64,000 nt of DNA from Squalus acanthias. Taxonomy: Eukaryota. Each line of letters opens with the position of its first letter. Position 1 is the first letter of the stretch. The stretch spans positions 85,252,001 to 85,316,000 of the forward strand of contig CM059432.1 of assembly GCA_030390025.1 (NCBI GenBank), written 5' to 3'. Below are positions 1 to 11,912 of the stretch, piece by piece. The position numbers were made by a program, and so were the translations under genes. The notes below the pieces were generated by a model, which saw nothing but the letters and a program-made list of their open reading frames with translations, searched no databases and was not told where the DNA came from.

Positions 1-293
1 ACTTAAAGTAATTAATATCAGTAGAGAAAACGTACTTGAGAAACTAATGGGACGAAAAGCCGACAAATCCCCTAGACCTTATGCCTGCATCCAAGGGTTC
101 TAAAAGAGGTGACTGAAGAGATAGTGGATGCATTGGTTGTAATCTTTCAAAATTCTCTAGATTCTTGAACGGTCCCAACGAATTGGAAGGTAGCAAATGT
201 AACCCCGCTATTCAAGAAAGGAGGGAGAGAGAAAACAGAGAACTGCAGGCCAGTTCGCCTGACATCAGTTGTCGGAAAAATGCTGGACCCATT

Positions 294-1032
294 GGCCCAG
301 AAATTGGAGTTCGATGGTTGCCGCGGGGGTAAGGATCCCCCGCGATATTGCACTCCGCGCCTACCTTTATGGTTTTGGCCCACACGAACTTCAGTTCCTG
401 GGCCTCTCTCTGGTGCCGGCGCGCAGTGTGTGCGTGTCCCAGAGGCGCAGTTAATTCGATGCGACCTCTGGGGTCACGTGGGCCAGTTAGAGCCAATGGC
501 AGCACACCATCTTTCATTCATAGTTTTGACAGCAAGAGCTGTCAAAACTATGAATACAACAAGCCCCCAAAAGAACAGCTAAACCTCAATTAAATTTTAA
601 AAAAAAGCCATCACATTAATAAAATAACTATAGTTAAATAAATTAACCACTTTAAACAAAAATTTAAATTTTTGAAAAAATTTAAATTCTTTTTAAAAGT
701 TATAAAAATAAACTTACCTTTCTTTAAAGTCTCTAAAAAAGATAAACCTGTTGAAATTTTTTTTAAATAATACTTAATTAACTACTTACCTTGTTAAAAG
801 GGGGTCTTACGCCTGCTTTCTTTCTGTGTAAAATCTTCAACACTTACCTGCGCGTTCAAACCTGAAAAACCTGTAGTGTGCACGCGGTTCACTTAGGAAC
901 CGCCCCCTTCGCAATACCCGAAGTGCCGGTTTCCCGCGCATGCGCAGTGCATGCAGGAAACCGGCACTTCGGGACCTAATACGCGAGAGTACACAGTGCG
1001 TACTCTCCCACATTAGGTCTAATTTTCGGGCC
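294..1032. mobile_element. MITE family A (Harbinger-like), copy 1
   Basis: TIRs ggcccagaaatt / aattttcgggcc with a 3-bp TSD att (291-293, 1033-1035). It splits the CR1 ORF cleanly and is homologous to 52036-52799. Confidence 0.88.
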
Positions 1033-1550
1033 ATTATTAAGGAAGTGGTAACAGGGCACTTAGAAAATCATAATATGATTAGGCAGAGTCAGCATGGTTT
1101 TATGAAAGGGAAATTGTGTTTAACAAATTTATTAGAGGTTTTGAGGATGTAATTAGCAGGGTAGAAAAAGGGGCACCAGTGGATGTAGTATATTTGGATT
1201 TCCAAAAGGCATTCGATAAGCTGTCACTTTAATTGTTGCGACACAACATAAGAGTTCATGGGGTTGGGGGTAATATATTAGCATGTACAGAGGATTGGTT
1301 AATGGACAGAAAACAGAGAGTAGGGATAAACGGGTCATTTTCAGGTTGGCAGGCTGTAACTAGTGGCGTGCCGCAAGGATCAGTGCTTGGGCCTCAGCTA
1401 TTTACAATCTATATTAATGACTTTGATGAAGGGACTGAGTGCAATGTATCCAAGTTTGCTGATGATACAAAGCTAGGTGGGAAAGTAAGCTGTGAGGAGG
1501 ACACAAAGAGCTTGCAAAGGGTTATAGACAGGTTAAGTGAAAGAAAGGAT

Positions 1551-3145
1551 AGCCCGTATTTTCCGATCGCAGGCCTCCCACGGGCGGAGGCCTGCGATCT
1601 GGAAAAATCTACATCCTTACCTGAGGGCTCCTGGGACGTACACGCTTCCGCTCCTGGGCCTCTCCAAACTTGAAGTGTGTAGGGCCCACGTATCCCAGAG
1701 GCACAGGTAGTTCGCAGCATCCCTGGGATCACGTGGGCCATGGGGAGCCAATCACAGAAGGGAATCTCCCTTCATACACTTGACAGGAAGACCTGTCAAA
1801 TATATGAATGGAGATCACCCCAAAAAGAGTAAGGGGGAGAAATTCAGTATCGCCCCATTTGGGGCGCAATTATCGGCCGGGCGCAAAGATTAGCGCCTGG
1901 CGCTAATTATCGCCACCGACTGCAAACTTGACTTTTATCGCCCATGGAGGTGATTGGAGCGCTAAACCAGGCGCTTCACACCTGTCTTAAGGCGCAAAGG
2001 CCGAGGAGCGAGGCGCTACCTCAGAGCGCTGGCGAAGCTCATGTAATGTCAGTCAGCAATGGAACACACACACAATGGCACGGGCCAGTTCTTAAAGGGG
2101 ATGGTTAATCTTGCTTTCCATCCACATCCTGCTCATTGCAGCCTTGAATCTCGGCCTGGAGAGACCTGCACATCAAATCTGCTGGAAAGAACAATGGAGA
2201 GTACCAGGCAAAGAGCTCAGAGTGCAGCCCCCACAGTCTCTTCTAAATCGATACAAGGAATGGCAAATCAAAATGAACCTGCAAAGTGCTGCTCAGTACC
2301 CAAAACTCCTTCACACAACGTTGAATCTCTCCAGAAGTCTCTCTCTCTCTCTCTCAGAATGCGTAGTTCAAAAATGGCACCAACAATAAAAGGCAGGAAG
2401 CGGTCACCTTTAAATAGCGCTCCCCCTTTCCCTTCATGACTGGAGAACGCTCCCCTCAACCTGTCGTTGCTAGCGTCAGGTGGTAAGGCAGGGGGCGCCA
2501 CTCAATATCCGCTCCGGGGCGATACCGGGGCGTTGCGCACTCGACTGACGTCACGATCTGCCGGCGCAGGAGATCGTGGCGGTAGTGTTTAGCGCTGCCG
2601 CAAAATGTCTAGTTAATTTCGCGAGCGGCGCAAACTTCGCCGCGCCTGGGCGCTAGATGCTTTGCGCCCCATTAGCGCCCTCTTAAGGCGCTAACGGGAG
2701 GCGCAACCAACTGAATTTTCCCCCTAAAACTTTAAATAATTTTTTTTTTAAATCACATTTTTAAAATGACTTGAAATTACAATAAATTAAGTATTTTAAA
2801 CAAAAATGTAATTTTTTGAAAAAAATAATAAAAGTTTTTACAGGGCTAAAAATAAACTTTTTTAAAAAACTTTTTTTCAACTCTTATCCTGGTAAAAGCA
2901 GGCCTTTTACCAGGCGTAAGAATTGTAAGGGTTTTCTGCGGGTGGAGGGTCTCCAAAAAGCAGAACTATCCGCCCGCAGAGGCCCTTCTCCAGGGCAGCC
3001 GGAGGATCTGTCAAGACCATTCTTGACAGATCGGAAATGCCGGTTTTCAGCGCATGCGCTGTGCATGCCTGAAACCGGCATTTCCGATGTCCCTATGGGG
3101 GGTTCACAGCGCGTACCCACCCGTAGGGATCGGAATAGCTGGGCC
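1551..3145. mobile_element. MITE family A-related element (contains MITE B)
   Basis: Imperfect TIRs agcccgtattttccgatc / gatcggaatagctgggcc. It shares the CACGTG-CCAAT block, the TGACAG hairpin and the GCGCATGCGC hairpin with family A. Confidence 0.78.
1833..2724 (+). mobile_element. MITE family B (PIF/Harbinger-type), copy 1
   Basis: TIRs gggggagaaattcagt / actgaattttccccc with TSD taa (1830-1832, 2725-2727). An inverted homologue lies at 18380-19276. Confidence 0.92.
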
Positions 3146-3767
3146 ATTGTCTTGCATTTATATAGCGCCTTTCACAACCACCGGATGTCCCAAAGCGCTT
3201 TACAGCCAATGAAGTACTCTTTGAAGTGTAGTCACTGTTGTAATGTAGGAAAGTGAGTGGGCAATAAGGTGGCAGATGGAGTATAATGTGGTGAAATGTG
3301 AGATTATTCACTTTTTGTAGGAAGAATAGAAAAACAGAATATTTTTTAAATGGTGAGAAACTATTAAATGTTGGTGTTCCGAGAGATTTTGGTGTCCTCA
3401 TATAGGAAACACATAAAGTTAGGATGCAGGTACAGCGAGCAATTAGGAAGACAAATAGCATGTTGGCCTTTATTGCAAGGGGGTTGGAGTACAAGAGTAA
3501 GGAAGTCTTACTACAATTGTACAGGGCTTTGGTGAGACCATACCTGGAGTACTGTACACAGTTTTGGTCTCCTTATCTGAGGAAGGACATACTTGCCTTA
3601 GAGGTGGTGCAACAAAGGTTCACTAGATTAATTCCTGGGATGAGAGGGTTGTCCTATGAGGAGAGATTGAATATATTGGGAGGTGATCTCATTGAAACAT
3701 ATAAGATTCTGAGGGGGATTGGCAGAATAGATGCTGAGAGGTTGTTTCCCCTGAATTAGGAGGCATA

Positions 3768-5381
3768 GGGCTCGATTTTAATAACGGAGGCGGGTTGATT
3801 GCGGGACCGCTGCTCGACAGCTGACTCGCACCCGGCTACCGCCTCCCAGAACTTCCGATTTTGGCTTCATTGGCCTCGTTACGGCCGACGTGCGGGTCCC
3901 TCCAGGCAATTGCTTGGAGGATGTCAGTTTCTCACGTCTGATGACGCGTTGTTTTTTTGAAAATTTAAAGGGGCCATGTCCCCATTGCATACAAATGTCA
4001 TTGGGATGGCTTGGTGCTTTATTATCTTGAAAGGGGAGTTGACAGCGTCTGATCTGAGCAAAATTTAATGAATGATATTGCTGGTCATATTATTCCAGAA
4101 AGTAATTCATGATTTTTTGATATATGACTTTATTATCTGACTATGAAATGAAAAAGATGCCAGATGTGTTCCAATCATTTGCTTAGTAATATTAATGCTT
4201 TTTTCTCTTAAAGGTGCTGGGAGCTGCAGGAATCGCAGCCCCAAAAACTAAGGCTGCACCCAGGTTCAATGAGGGCTCTCTCCATGCTCTTGTTGAGGGA
4301 GTTAGAGGATGTCAGGAGCTCCTCTCCCCTGGAAACGGAAGGAGGAGGACTCCTCAGCAAACCAAGGCAGCTTGGCTGCAAATTGCTGAGGAGGTGAGCT
4401 TGAGGTCTGTGTGCAGACGCACATGGGTTTAGTGTCGAAAAAGGTTTAATGATCTGCTGAGATCACCTAAAGTGTGGCCTCTGTTCTGGGACATAGAAGT
4501 TCAAGAGTGAGGGCTCAGGCCGATTTCCATGTAGAATGATGGTGGTGACACTGAGAGCAAACCACCGTTTATTGGACAGATGATGCCTGGGGTTTGAGAC
4601 TGTCGGACCTATATTCATCTCCATGTGCCAGCTACCTGTGGTTGAAGCGTTAGCTTACGCGAATCTGGCATGGGTGAGTGCATCCCTTGCCTGACGGCCA
4701 TCAATGTGGTCGCCTGCTGCTGGATTGGCCACATCCGGCCCCGCAAGGCGTCACTCTCTGTCCTCCTACTCATCCTCCTCCTCGTCCTCTTCATCTTCCT
4801 CCAAGGAGGCTGTGTGCTGAGCCACTTGTTCATCCGGCAGCACTAAGCCACGCTGCTCTTCCTCCGAATCTGACGACCAGGATGAGAGGATGTAAATGGT
4901 TCCCATCCTGTTGTTATAGATTTCAGTTGAGGCAAGAAGCTTGCAAGCGCACACTCAAAGTGGCCTGAAATTATTCCAATCAGTTCAAACAGTAGATGTG
5001 TGTCAGCATTTGAATGCCAGCCATGTTACAGGAGCACTTTTAAAGTTTTGCACTAATAATGACTACATATCATGTCCTCCACCAACTCCTCTCCTTGCAG
5101 CTGAACTGTTTCTGACAAGATGGGAAACAGGAGCCAGAGGCACGAAATTGGGAAACCTCTATCAAAATAAGATTATCAAGGCAGTTAACAGGATCTTAAC
5201 TGCCTTAACTACCTGTCCCACCGGTTGGAGTTGGGTCAGTTTGGGAGCAGCTGAACAGACACTCATGAAAATCGCGTGGGGGCAGGATGGAGGCGGGTTG
5301 GGTGTCTGAAGCCATTTTTTCTGATTTTCACAGCTGACACGCCTCCAAACCCGCCTCCTCAGGGCTATTAAAATCGAGCCC
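3768..5381. mobile_element. Non-autonomous Harbinger element with a Myb/SANT fragment (+) and fused transposase termini (-)
   Basis: Perfect 16-bp TIR gggctcgattttaata / tattaaaatcgagccc with TSD ata. Plus strand at about 4214-4470 reads AAPRFNEGSLHALVEGV...AAWLQIAEEV...RTWV*CRKRFNDL. Minus strand has an acidic tract and GRQARDALTHARFA*. Confidence 0.9.
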
Positions 5382-6402
5382 ATAGTATCAGGATAAGGGG
5401 ACGGACATTTAAGATTGAGATGAGGCGGAATTTCTTCACTCAGAGGGTAGTGAATCTTTGGAATTCTCTACCCCAAAGGGCTATGGATGGTGAGTCGTTG
5501 AGTATATTCAAGGCTGAGATAGATAGATTCTTGGACTCCAGGGAATGAAGGGATATGGGGATCGGGCGGGAAAGTGGAGTTGAGGTTGAAGATCAGCCAT
5601 GACCTTACTGAATGATGGAGCAGGCTTGAGGGACTGTATGGCCTACTCCTGCTCCTAATTCTTATGTTCTTATGAATTAGTGGAGATTTAGTTAAGCTAG
5701 GACTGCCAGTTTCTGATTTAAATTGTACGGTTAGAAACTCCGTCCATCCTTTACAAGGCAAACGATGGGTAGGGCCGGTGAGATGAGGCATAACGGCCTT
5801 GCCAAGAATGTATGTGGACCCCACCATTGTGCTGGAGGCCTGGCAAAGGGCCTGGATCCAAAGAGGGAATTAAAAAACCTGTCCTGGGTCAGAGGCAAAA
5901 CCCGGCCAGGCAGCTGGCTGAATTTCTGTTGGCATGGAGCAGACGGGTGCCAAAGAAATAACCCATGAAAGTGGCACTGGCCCCATGCAGATGAGGTGGC
6001 CTTCCACTAAACACTTTGGCTGCTAGGAGTGCTGTTTTGGCTCCAAAATGGCATCTGCGGCGCACAGATACTTCTGGTGCGAGTCGCGCCGGATGCTATC
6101 TTGGTGAGGGCGTATGCAGTATAGGAAGATCGTGACGCCAATCAGTGTGTAATGCTGAATTGATGCCAGCGCTTCCTTTTGGAGCTCAACGCTCCAGCTA
6201 ACGCCTCCTCTTAAACACGCACAGCTGAACATGCGTTCGGCAACAGTAAGGCCCCCCCCCCCCCCGCAGCGCTATTTAAAGGGATTATCAACTGCTTATA
6301 GGTTAGTTGCAGATTGATTTCTACTGGCTCTTGCTGCGATTGTAGCAGTATTTGATGGTTTCAAGAGTTATTTAACGTTGCTAATGTCAACAGGAGTGGT
6401 GT

Positions 6403-6516
6403 TTTTTTCATTCATTCATGGGATGTGGGCGTCGCTGGCAAGGCCAGTATTTATTGCCAATCCCTAATTGCCCTTAAGGAGGTGGTGGTGAGCCACCTTC
6501 TTGAACTGCTGCACAT
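6403..6516 (-). mobile_element. Short 3' fragment of the LINE family seen at 20030-22170
   Basis: Reverse complement of that LINE's 3' end (gggatgtgggcgtcgctggcaaggccagtatttattgcc). TSD tggtgt at 6397-6402 and 6517-6522. Confidence 0.85.
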
Positions 6517-6586
6517 TGGTGTGGCATTGGCTGCAGGACTTTGTCCTGACTTCAAGGATTCTGCACAAGCCACTTGCTTCCGGACA

Positions 6587-7721
6587 TTGGTGCAGTAGTA
6601 GGCATTCCCTTGGACTACAGCATGACAGGGAGAATGAACAGAGGCGAAACAGATCAGGACAAGCTACTGGCAGAGGGAGGAGGAGGCGGGGGAGAAAGGC
6701 TCTCAGCAGGAGGCCATATCCGCCCAGGTTGTTCAGGGAACAATTTTCCTACTCGAACCTCAGCGAGGAACAGTGTGTCAGACAGTAAGGACGTCCTCAC
6801 TAAAATCTGGCACCGGCTGCAGCCACAACTGCAACCTCAGCGTAGGGTGAGGACCGCATTGCCAGTGGCTGTGAAGGTGACAGTGGCCATGAGCCTTTAT
6901 ATGTCGGGTTCCTTCCACGCTGGAGCAGGCAATATTTGCAACTTCCCCCAGTTTGCCATCCATGTTGCATAAGGGAGGTCACTGAGGCTCTGTATTCCAA
7001 GAGAGCTGAATGCATTTCCTTCTCTCTGGCCAGAAAGCAGCAGGCAGAGCAAGCACCCGGCTTCGTGAAGATTGCAGGCTTCTCCTTGGTGCAGGGTGCC
7101 TTTGACTGCACGCACGTCACTTTGCAGGCGCCGCATGTCATAGAATCATAGAATGGTTACAGCACAGAAGGAGGCCATTCAGCCCGTCGAGCCCGTGCCG
7201 GCTCTCTGTAAGAGCACTTCAGCTAGTCCCACTCTCCTGCCCTTTCCCCGTAGCCGTAAGATGTACCGCAACCAAAAGCGATTCCACTCTCTCGACGTCC
7301 AGCTGGTGTGCGACCATAAAATGGCGTATCATGCAGGTCAATGCTCGTAGTCATGAAGCCTTAATTCTGCGGCAGTCCGCTGTGCCATCTCACTTGAGCC
7401 ACCACGACACACCAGAGGATGGCTATTGGGCAACAAGGGCTATCCTTTGACGACATGGCTCATGGCTCATGTGGGCAGCATGCATAGGACGAAAGCCATG
7501 CTGCCATACGAAATGTGATAGAGCACACCATTGGCGTGCTGAAACAATGCTTCCACTGGTCTGCTGCATGCTGCACAACCTCGCCATCATGAGGGCGCAC
7601 CCCTTGCCACCAGCTATACAGTGACCAGCTGAGGAGCAAGAGGAGGAAGGGAGGAGGCAACCTAGACAGCCCCTTTCTAGCCGGGCTATCTGAATGTCTC
7701 ACCTGACTGCGATACCAGTAA
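6587..7721 (+). pseudogene. Harbinger/HARBI1-like DDE transposase, disrupted
   Basis: Motifs RRPYPPRLFRE, ALPVAVKVTVA, GFSLVQGAFDCTHV, MYRNQKRFHSLDVQLVCDH, GWLLGNKGYPL and RNVIEHTIGVLK. Contains frameshifts, stops and a CR1 insert. Confidence 0.9.
7139..7259 (-). mobile_element. CR1 3' end fragment inside the transposase
   Basis: catagaatcatagaatggttacagcacagaaggaggccattcagccc is a reversed CR1 tail. Confidence 0.8.
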
Positions 7722-7949
7722 ATGCAAACCCCAATTCCCCATTCACTAACAGTTCCACAGCTTACCTTTCCTCTGTTACTGACCATCACAGCGTCCGCTT
7801 GGCCACAATGCAAAAATAAAAGCCAACACAAAATAAACATTCCAAACCAAATTTATAAATCAAAGCATGCCATATGGCATACAAACGTCAACAAATCACT
7901 CTTGTGCATTCCCTTAGTGCCTGTCTTCCGTGTGCCTTTGCCTGTCCTA

Positions 7950-10610
7950 GTGCTCCTGCGCAGTGCTAACACAGACTGCTGCCATCATGGCTGGTGGACG
8001 TTTGCTGACTTTCAGTGGGGGAGACTGCAGATAGCCTTGGAGGATGACCTCAAGCAGATCTGGGCCTAGAAAGCCCATCTTTGGATTGCACCATCTCGGC
8101 CTGGGCTGCAGCTGTCTCAGCTGCCTGTCTGACAGGCAACAGCAGGGGCACTGGCAGAGTAGCAGTGGTGGGAAGACGAACGCAGTCATCCTGAGAGACG
8201 ACAGCAGGTTCGTCCTCCACACAGCCACTGCCAGTTCCCCTGCTGGAAGAGAGATTGCTGGACTGCTGTGACACCCTGTAAGCCCTTTTCAACACTGGTA
8301 AACCCAGCCATGATGGCAGCAGTTTGTGTTTGCGTGGCAGCAAGCTGAGCTTGCATGACAGCAGTCTGAGCTTCCATTGCAGCACTCAGATGTTGGGTGG
8401 CTTCTGCTTGTGCTGCAGTGGAAGCTGAGATAGCGGCCATCAGATGCTGCATGGTGGTTGGGTCCACAAATGCGCTAATGGATCTGCCCACTCCTTCCAC
8501 ACTGGAAAGGATGGGCTCCAAGCTCTGCGCAAAACCCTGTGCAAGGTTGGAGCTGGACTCCTCCACGCACTTTGACATTGCATTCAGGCTTTCTGGCAGG
8601 CCTGCCAGTGCACCAAGCACTTTTTTGTGCGTACTTATCAGCTTTGTTCTGTAGGTTGTCCTATCGAATTCCTCACCTGCGTCCTGTGCAGCAGAACTCG
8701 TGTGTGACCTCGCTCTCCAGGGAGCTGGCACCTGCGCTACCCATTCCCCCTGACCTGGCTGCAGCCCACTGTTGCCCGGTGGCTTACCACATGCAGATAC
8801 CGCCTCTAAGCTACCCTCTAAAGTCCGCACAGTGCCAGTAACTAAGCTGGTGGCCGCGACTGTCAGATCAAGTAATGGTGTTTCTTCTTCATCATCACTG
8901 TCCTCTTCTTCTACATCTTGCACCACTGCAAGTCTTGGCTTTCTGGCTGACAGGCAGCAGCAACGGCACTGGTCATCCTGACAGAGGACAACAGGTTCAT
9001 GCTCCATGGAGCCAATGGCACTCCCTAGGTGGAGCCTCAGCAATCATAGTAATCTGTTGGAGGACAGATTGCTGGCCTGCTGTCACACCATGCAAGTCCC
9101 TTTGAACACTGGTATCCGTAGATGATGGCAGCAGTCTGAGCTTGCATGGCAGCAAGCTGAGCCTGCATTACAGATGTCTGAGTTTCCACTGCAGCACCCA
9201 GATGTTGCGTGGCTCTGCTTGTGCTGCAATGGAAGCTGAGACATCGGCCATCAGACACTGCATCATGGTTGGGTCCGCAAGTGTGCTAATGGAGTTGGCC
9301 ACCACTTCCACGCTGGAAAGGATGGGCTCCAAGCTCTGCTCAAAGCGCTGTGCCACGTTGGTGCCGGTCTCCTCCATGCTCCTTGACATTGCACGCAGGC
9401 TTTCTGGCAGGCCTGCCAATGCACCAAGTATTTCTTTGTGCATACCCATCAGCCTTCTTCTGTAGCCCGCCCCTTCGAAGTGCTCATCTGAGTCCTCTGC
9501 AGCAGAACTCGTGTGCGACTTCGCCCTCTGGCAAGCTGGCACCTGTGCTATCCTCACCCCCTGCCCTGACTGCAGGTCACTCCTGCTCGGTGTCTCACCA
9601 TGTACAGATCCCGCCTCTAAGCTATCCTCTAAATTATGTACAGTGTCAGTATCTGAGCTGGTGGCTGCGAGTGTGAAATCGAGTAACGTTGTTTCTTCTT
9701 CGTCACTACTGTCTTCCTGCTCTTCCACCTCTTTCTCTACTACTGCCTGGCCAGGTTGCAGTTCTTGGGTATCTGAAAGGAGAAGGGCACAATGGTAGGG
9801 TTGTGGTGAGGGGAGGTTGGGAAAGCAAGAGGTGCATGCTTACACCATCTGCAGCTTGTAAATCAGAAGAGATTGTGGGATGAGGGGGAAGTGGGATGTG
9901 AGAAGGAGGATTAGGTATGAAAATACATCCAACTTTAATGGTTTCTGCCCCAGCGCTGGCCATGGCCTCAGTGATGGCCGCTCCAATGATGACGACCACC
10001 GTCTCCTCCATCCGGGTAAGGCCATGCAGCCGTGCCTGTCCCCCGCTGTTTAGCTCCTGCTTCCTCTGGTTATGAGCCAACTTGTCCTGCAAGGGAAAGG
10101 CAAGTGTGTCAGTGAGTGTGGTGCAACGTGTTTGGGTGATGTGGCTGTCATGGTTGAATAGCTGGAAATGTGTGCAAGCTGTAAGATGTCGGTGTGAGGC
10201 TTGCAGCAGTACTAAGTGTGTGAGGGTGAGGTGAAGCTATGAATGTGAGGTATGAGTCATGATTGATAGAGATTGTTGGTAGGTGAGTGCTGAGTGTGTG
10301 GTGCATTGAGCAATGTGTGAGGCTAGTGGTGCAGTTGGTAGAATATGACATTTGAAGATGAATTCACTGACCTTGATCACTTGTGTGTGGTTATTGGACA
10401 TCTTGCGGCACTGCATCCAGATCTTCGGATCTTGGCTCGTGGCATTGACCGTCATGTCTATATGCTCCCACTGCCTTCGCAGAGTTTGTCTGGAGGGCCT
10501 CCTGGCCCCATGTGGATAGAGACGTCTCTCCTCCTCTCCACCTCCTTCACCAAGGCTTCCAGTGCAGTGTCAAGAGAACCTTAGAGCACGCTTTCTCCCC
10601 TGTTGCGCAA
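7950..10610 (-). pseudogene. Spliced Myb/SANT-like (trihelix) Harbinger accessory gene, disrupted
   Basis: Exon 1 reads AQQGRKRALRFS..ALEALVKEVERRRDV...WMQCRK with a GT donor near 10370. Acceptors are ttcccttgcag (~10088) and tcctttcag (~9772). The downstream exon is acidic and coiled-coil-like. Confidence 0.82.
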
Positions 10611-11379
10611 TAATTCACTCTTCCTGCACACACTCTCTTCCACAAACAGTTCCAGCAACTGCTCCAGCCAGAATGCACCTTTCCTTTAAGAGGTGCAGGT
10701 TAGCTTTAAGTGGTGTTAGCCTTGCACATACTTGGGCCCCCTGGTGTGGCGTGCAGCCACTCAACAGTGCGTTGAGCGCTGGCTGCATGCAGTAATCATG
10801 CAAATTAGCAGGCAGCATGAAGTTGCTGTGCTGCCTGCATCAGAATCACCGGGCATGGGTAAATCGAGCAATGTGATCGCCGTGCCCGTTCTGGGGGCTA
10901 TCGAATTTTGCCCCCATAAACTCCAGTGGGGGTCCAGTGTTGAAGAGCACGTGTGATCCTGGCACAACTGCTGGAATTGCTGTCTGTAGAATTTCGGACC
11001 AATTACTTTAGTCAATTTTGATTTTGTAAGAGAATTTTCAAGCTTAATTATCATTTGTTGCATAAATTAGAAATGATAGGGATAAGTAGCGCAGAAAAGA
11101 ATAAAGTGATAATTTTGTACAGTTCCTCACCTGGCACGGAGCCTTCCCAGACAGGAGTGTGAGTCAGCTTTGGTACCAGAGTTGATTCGGAAAATTACAC
11201 CTTGACTGAATAAAGAAGCTGAGAAAAATCTAAAGACTGAAGAATTATTTTAAAAGATGCAAGTAAAGAGGATGGGGAGGCATACAAAAGTCAGCTAAGA
11301 ATAACAAAATGAATGTTGGGTAAAAGGAAAATATAAAGGTGAATTGTTTACATCAGAAAAAGTGATCATTTTTTTTGTT

Positions 11380-11880
11380 TTGTACAGAGTTTTGAGAGAG
11401 TACTGAAATTAGTGGACAAGGGATATCCAATGTATGTAATTTACTTGCATATTTAGAAGGAATCTGATAAGTAGCAATAGGCATCTGATAAAGTCTGTTT
11501 TTGAGACTTTTAGGGAAAATAAAGGTTAATACAAATGCCAAAAGAAAGCAGAAGATGATGATAAATATACAGTGCCCTTTAGGGAGCAGTAACTAATGCA
11601 GTTCCGCAGAAGTCTCATCAGACACCACTGTCATTTACAATATGAATAAACAGCATGGAGTAGGGTAGGGTATAAATCTGACTGGAGTACTTCTAAGAAT
11701 ATTATGGCATTTGTTGATGACACCAAGCTATCTAGCTACGTGACAATTGTTCGGGAGAGTCACATCGTTCAGAAAGTATGGATAAATTATATAAGTGGCT
11801 TCAGAAAGTGAGATTGAACTTCATTTGATAAAATGTAATGTTACCCACATTTGTATAGGAAACAATGAATTTGTATATAA
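11380..11880 (+). mobile_element. Ancient, highly decayed CR1-type RT fragment
   Basis: Remnants gttccgcag, tttacaata, tttgttgatgacaccaagcta and aaatgtaatgtt occur in CR1 order. Confidence 0.5.
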
Positions 11881-11912
11881 TGCACTGGTGTAAATTTGCC
11901 TGCATAATGTTA

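Larger units (their letters stand above)
1541..3250 (-). mobile_element. 5'-truncated DeuSINE 3' fragment inserted in CR1, itself split by a MITE
   Basis: The reverse SINE tail cttgcatttatatagcgcctttcac...gtagtcactgttgtaatgtagg lies at about 3151-3250. TSD aagtga at 1535-1540 and 3251-3256. Confidence 0.8.
1..5674 (+). mobile_element. CR1 (HER1-like) LINE, RT half of ORF2 to the 3' UTR, interrupted by nested insertions
   Basis: The RT segments rejoin across the inserts: [62 protein letters not shown]. The 3' end is cctactcctgctcctaattcttatgttcttatg. Frameshifted. Confidence 0.92.
6020..10915. mobile_element. Degenerate autonomous-type PIF/Harbinger transposon with convergent transposase and Myb/SANT genes; left TIR not found
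   Basis: Right end tcgaattttgccccc at 10901-10915. The two-gene convergent layout is typical of Harbinger. The left boundary is approximate. Confidence 0.8.
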
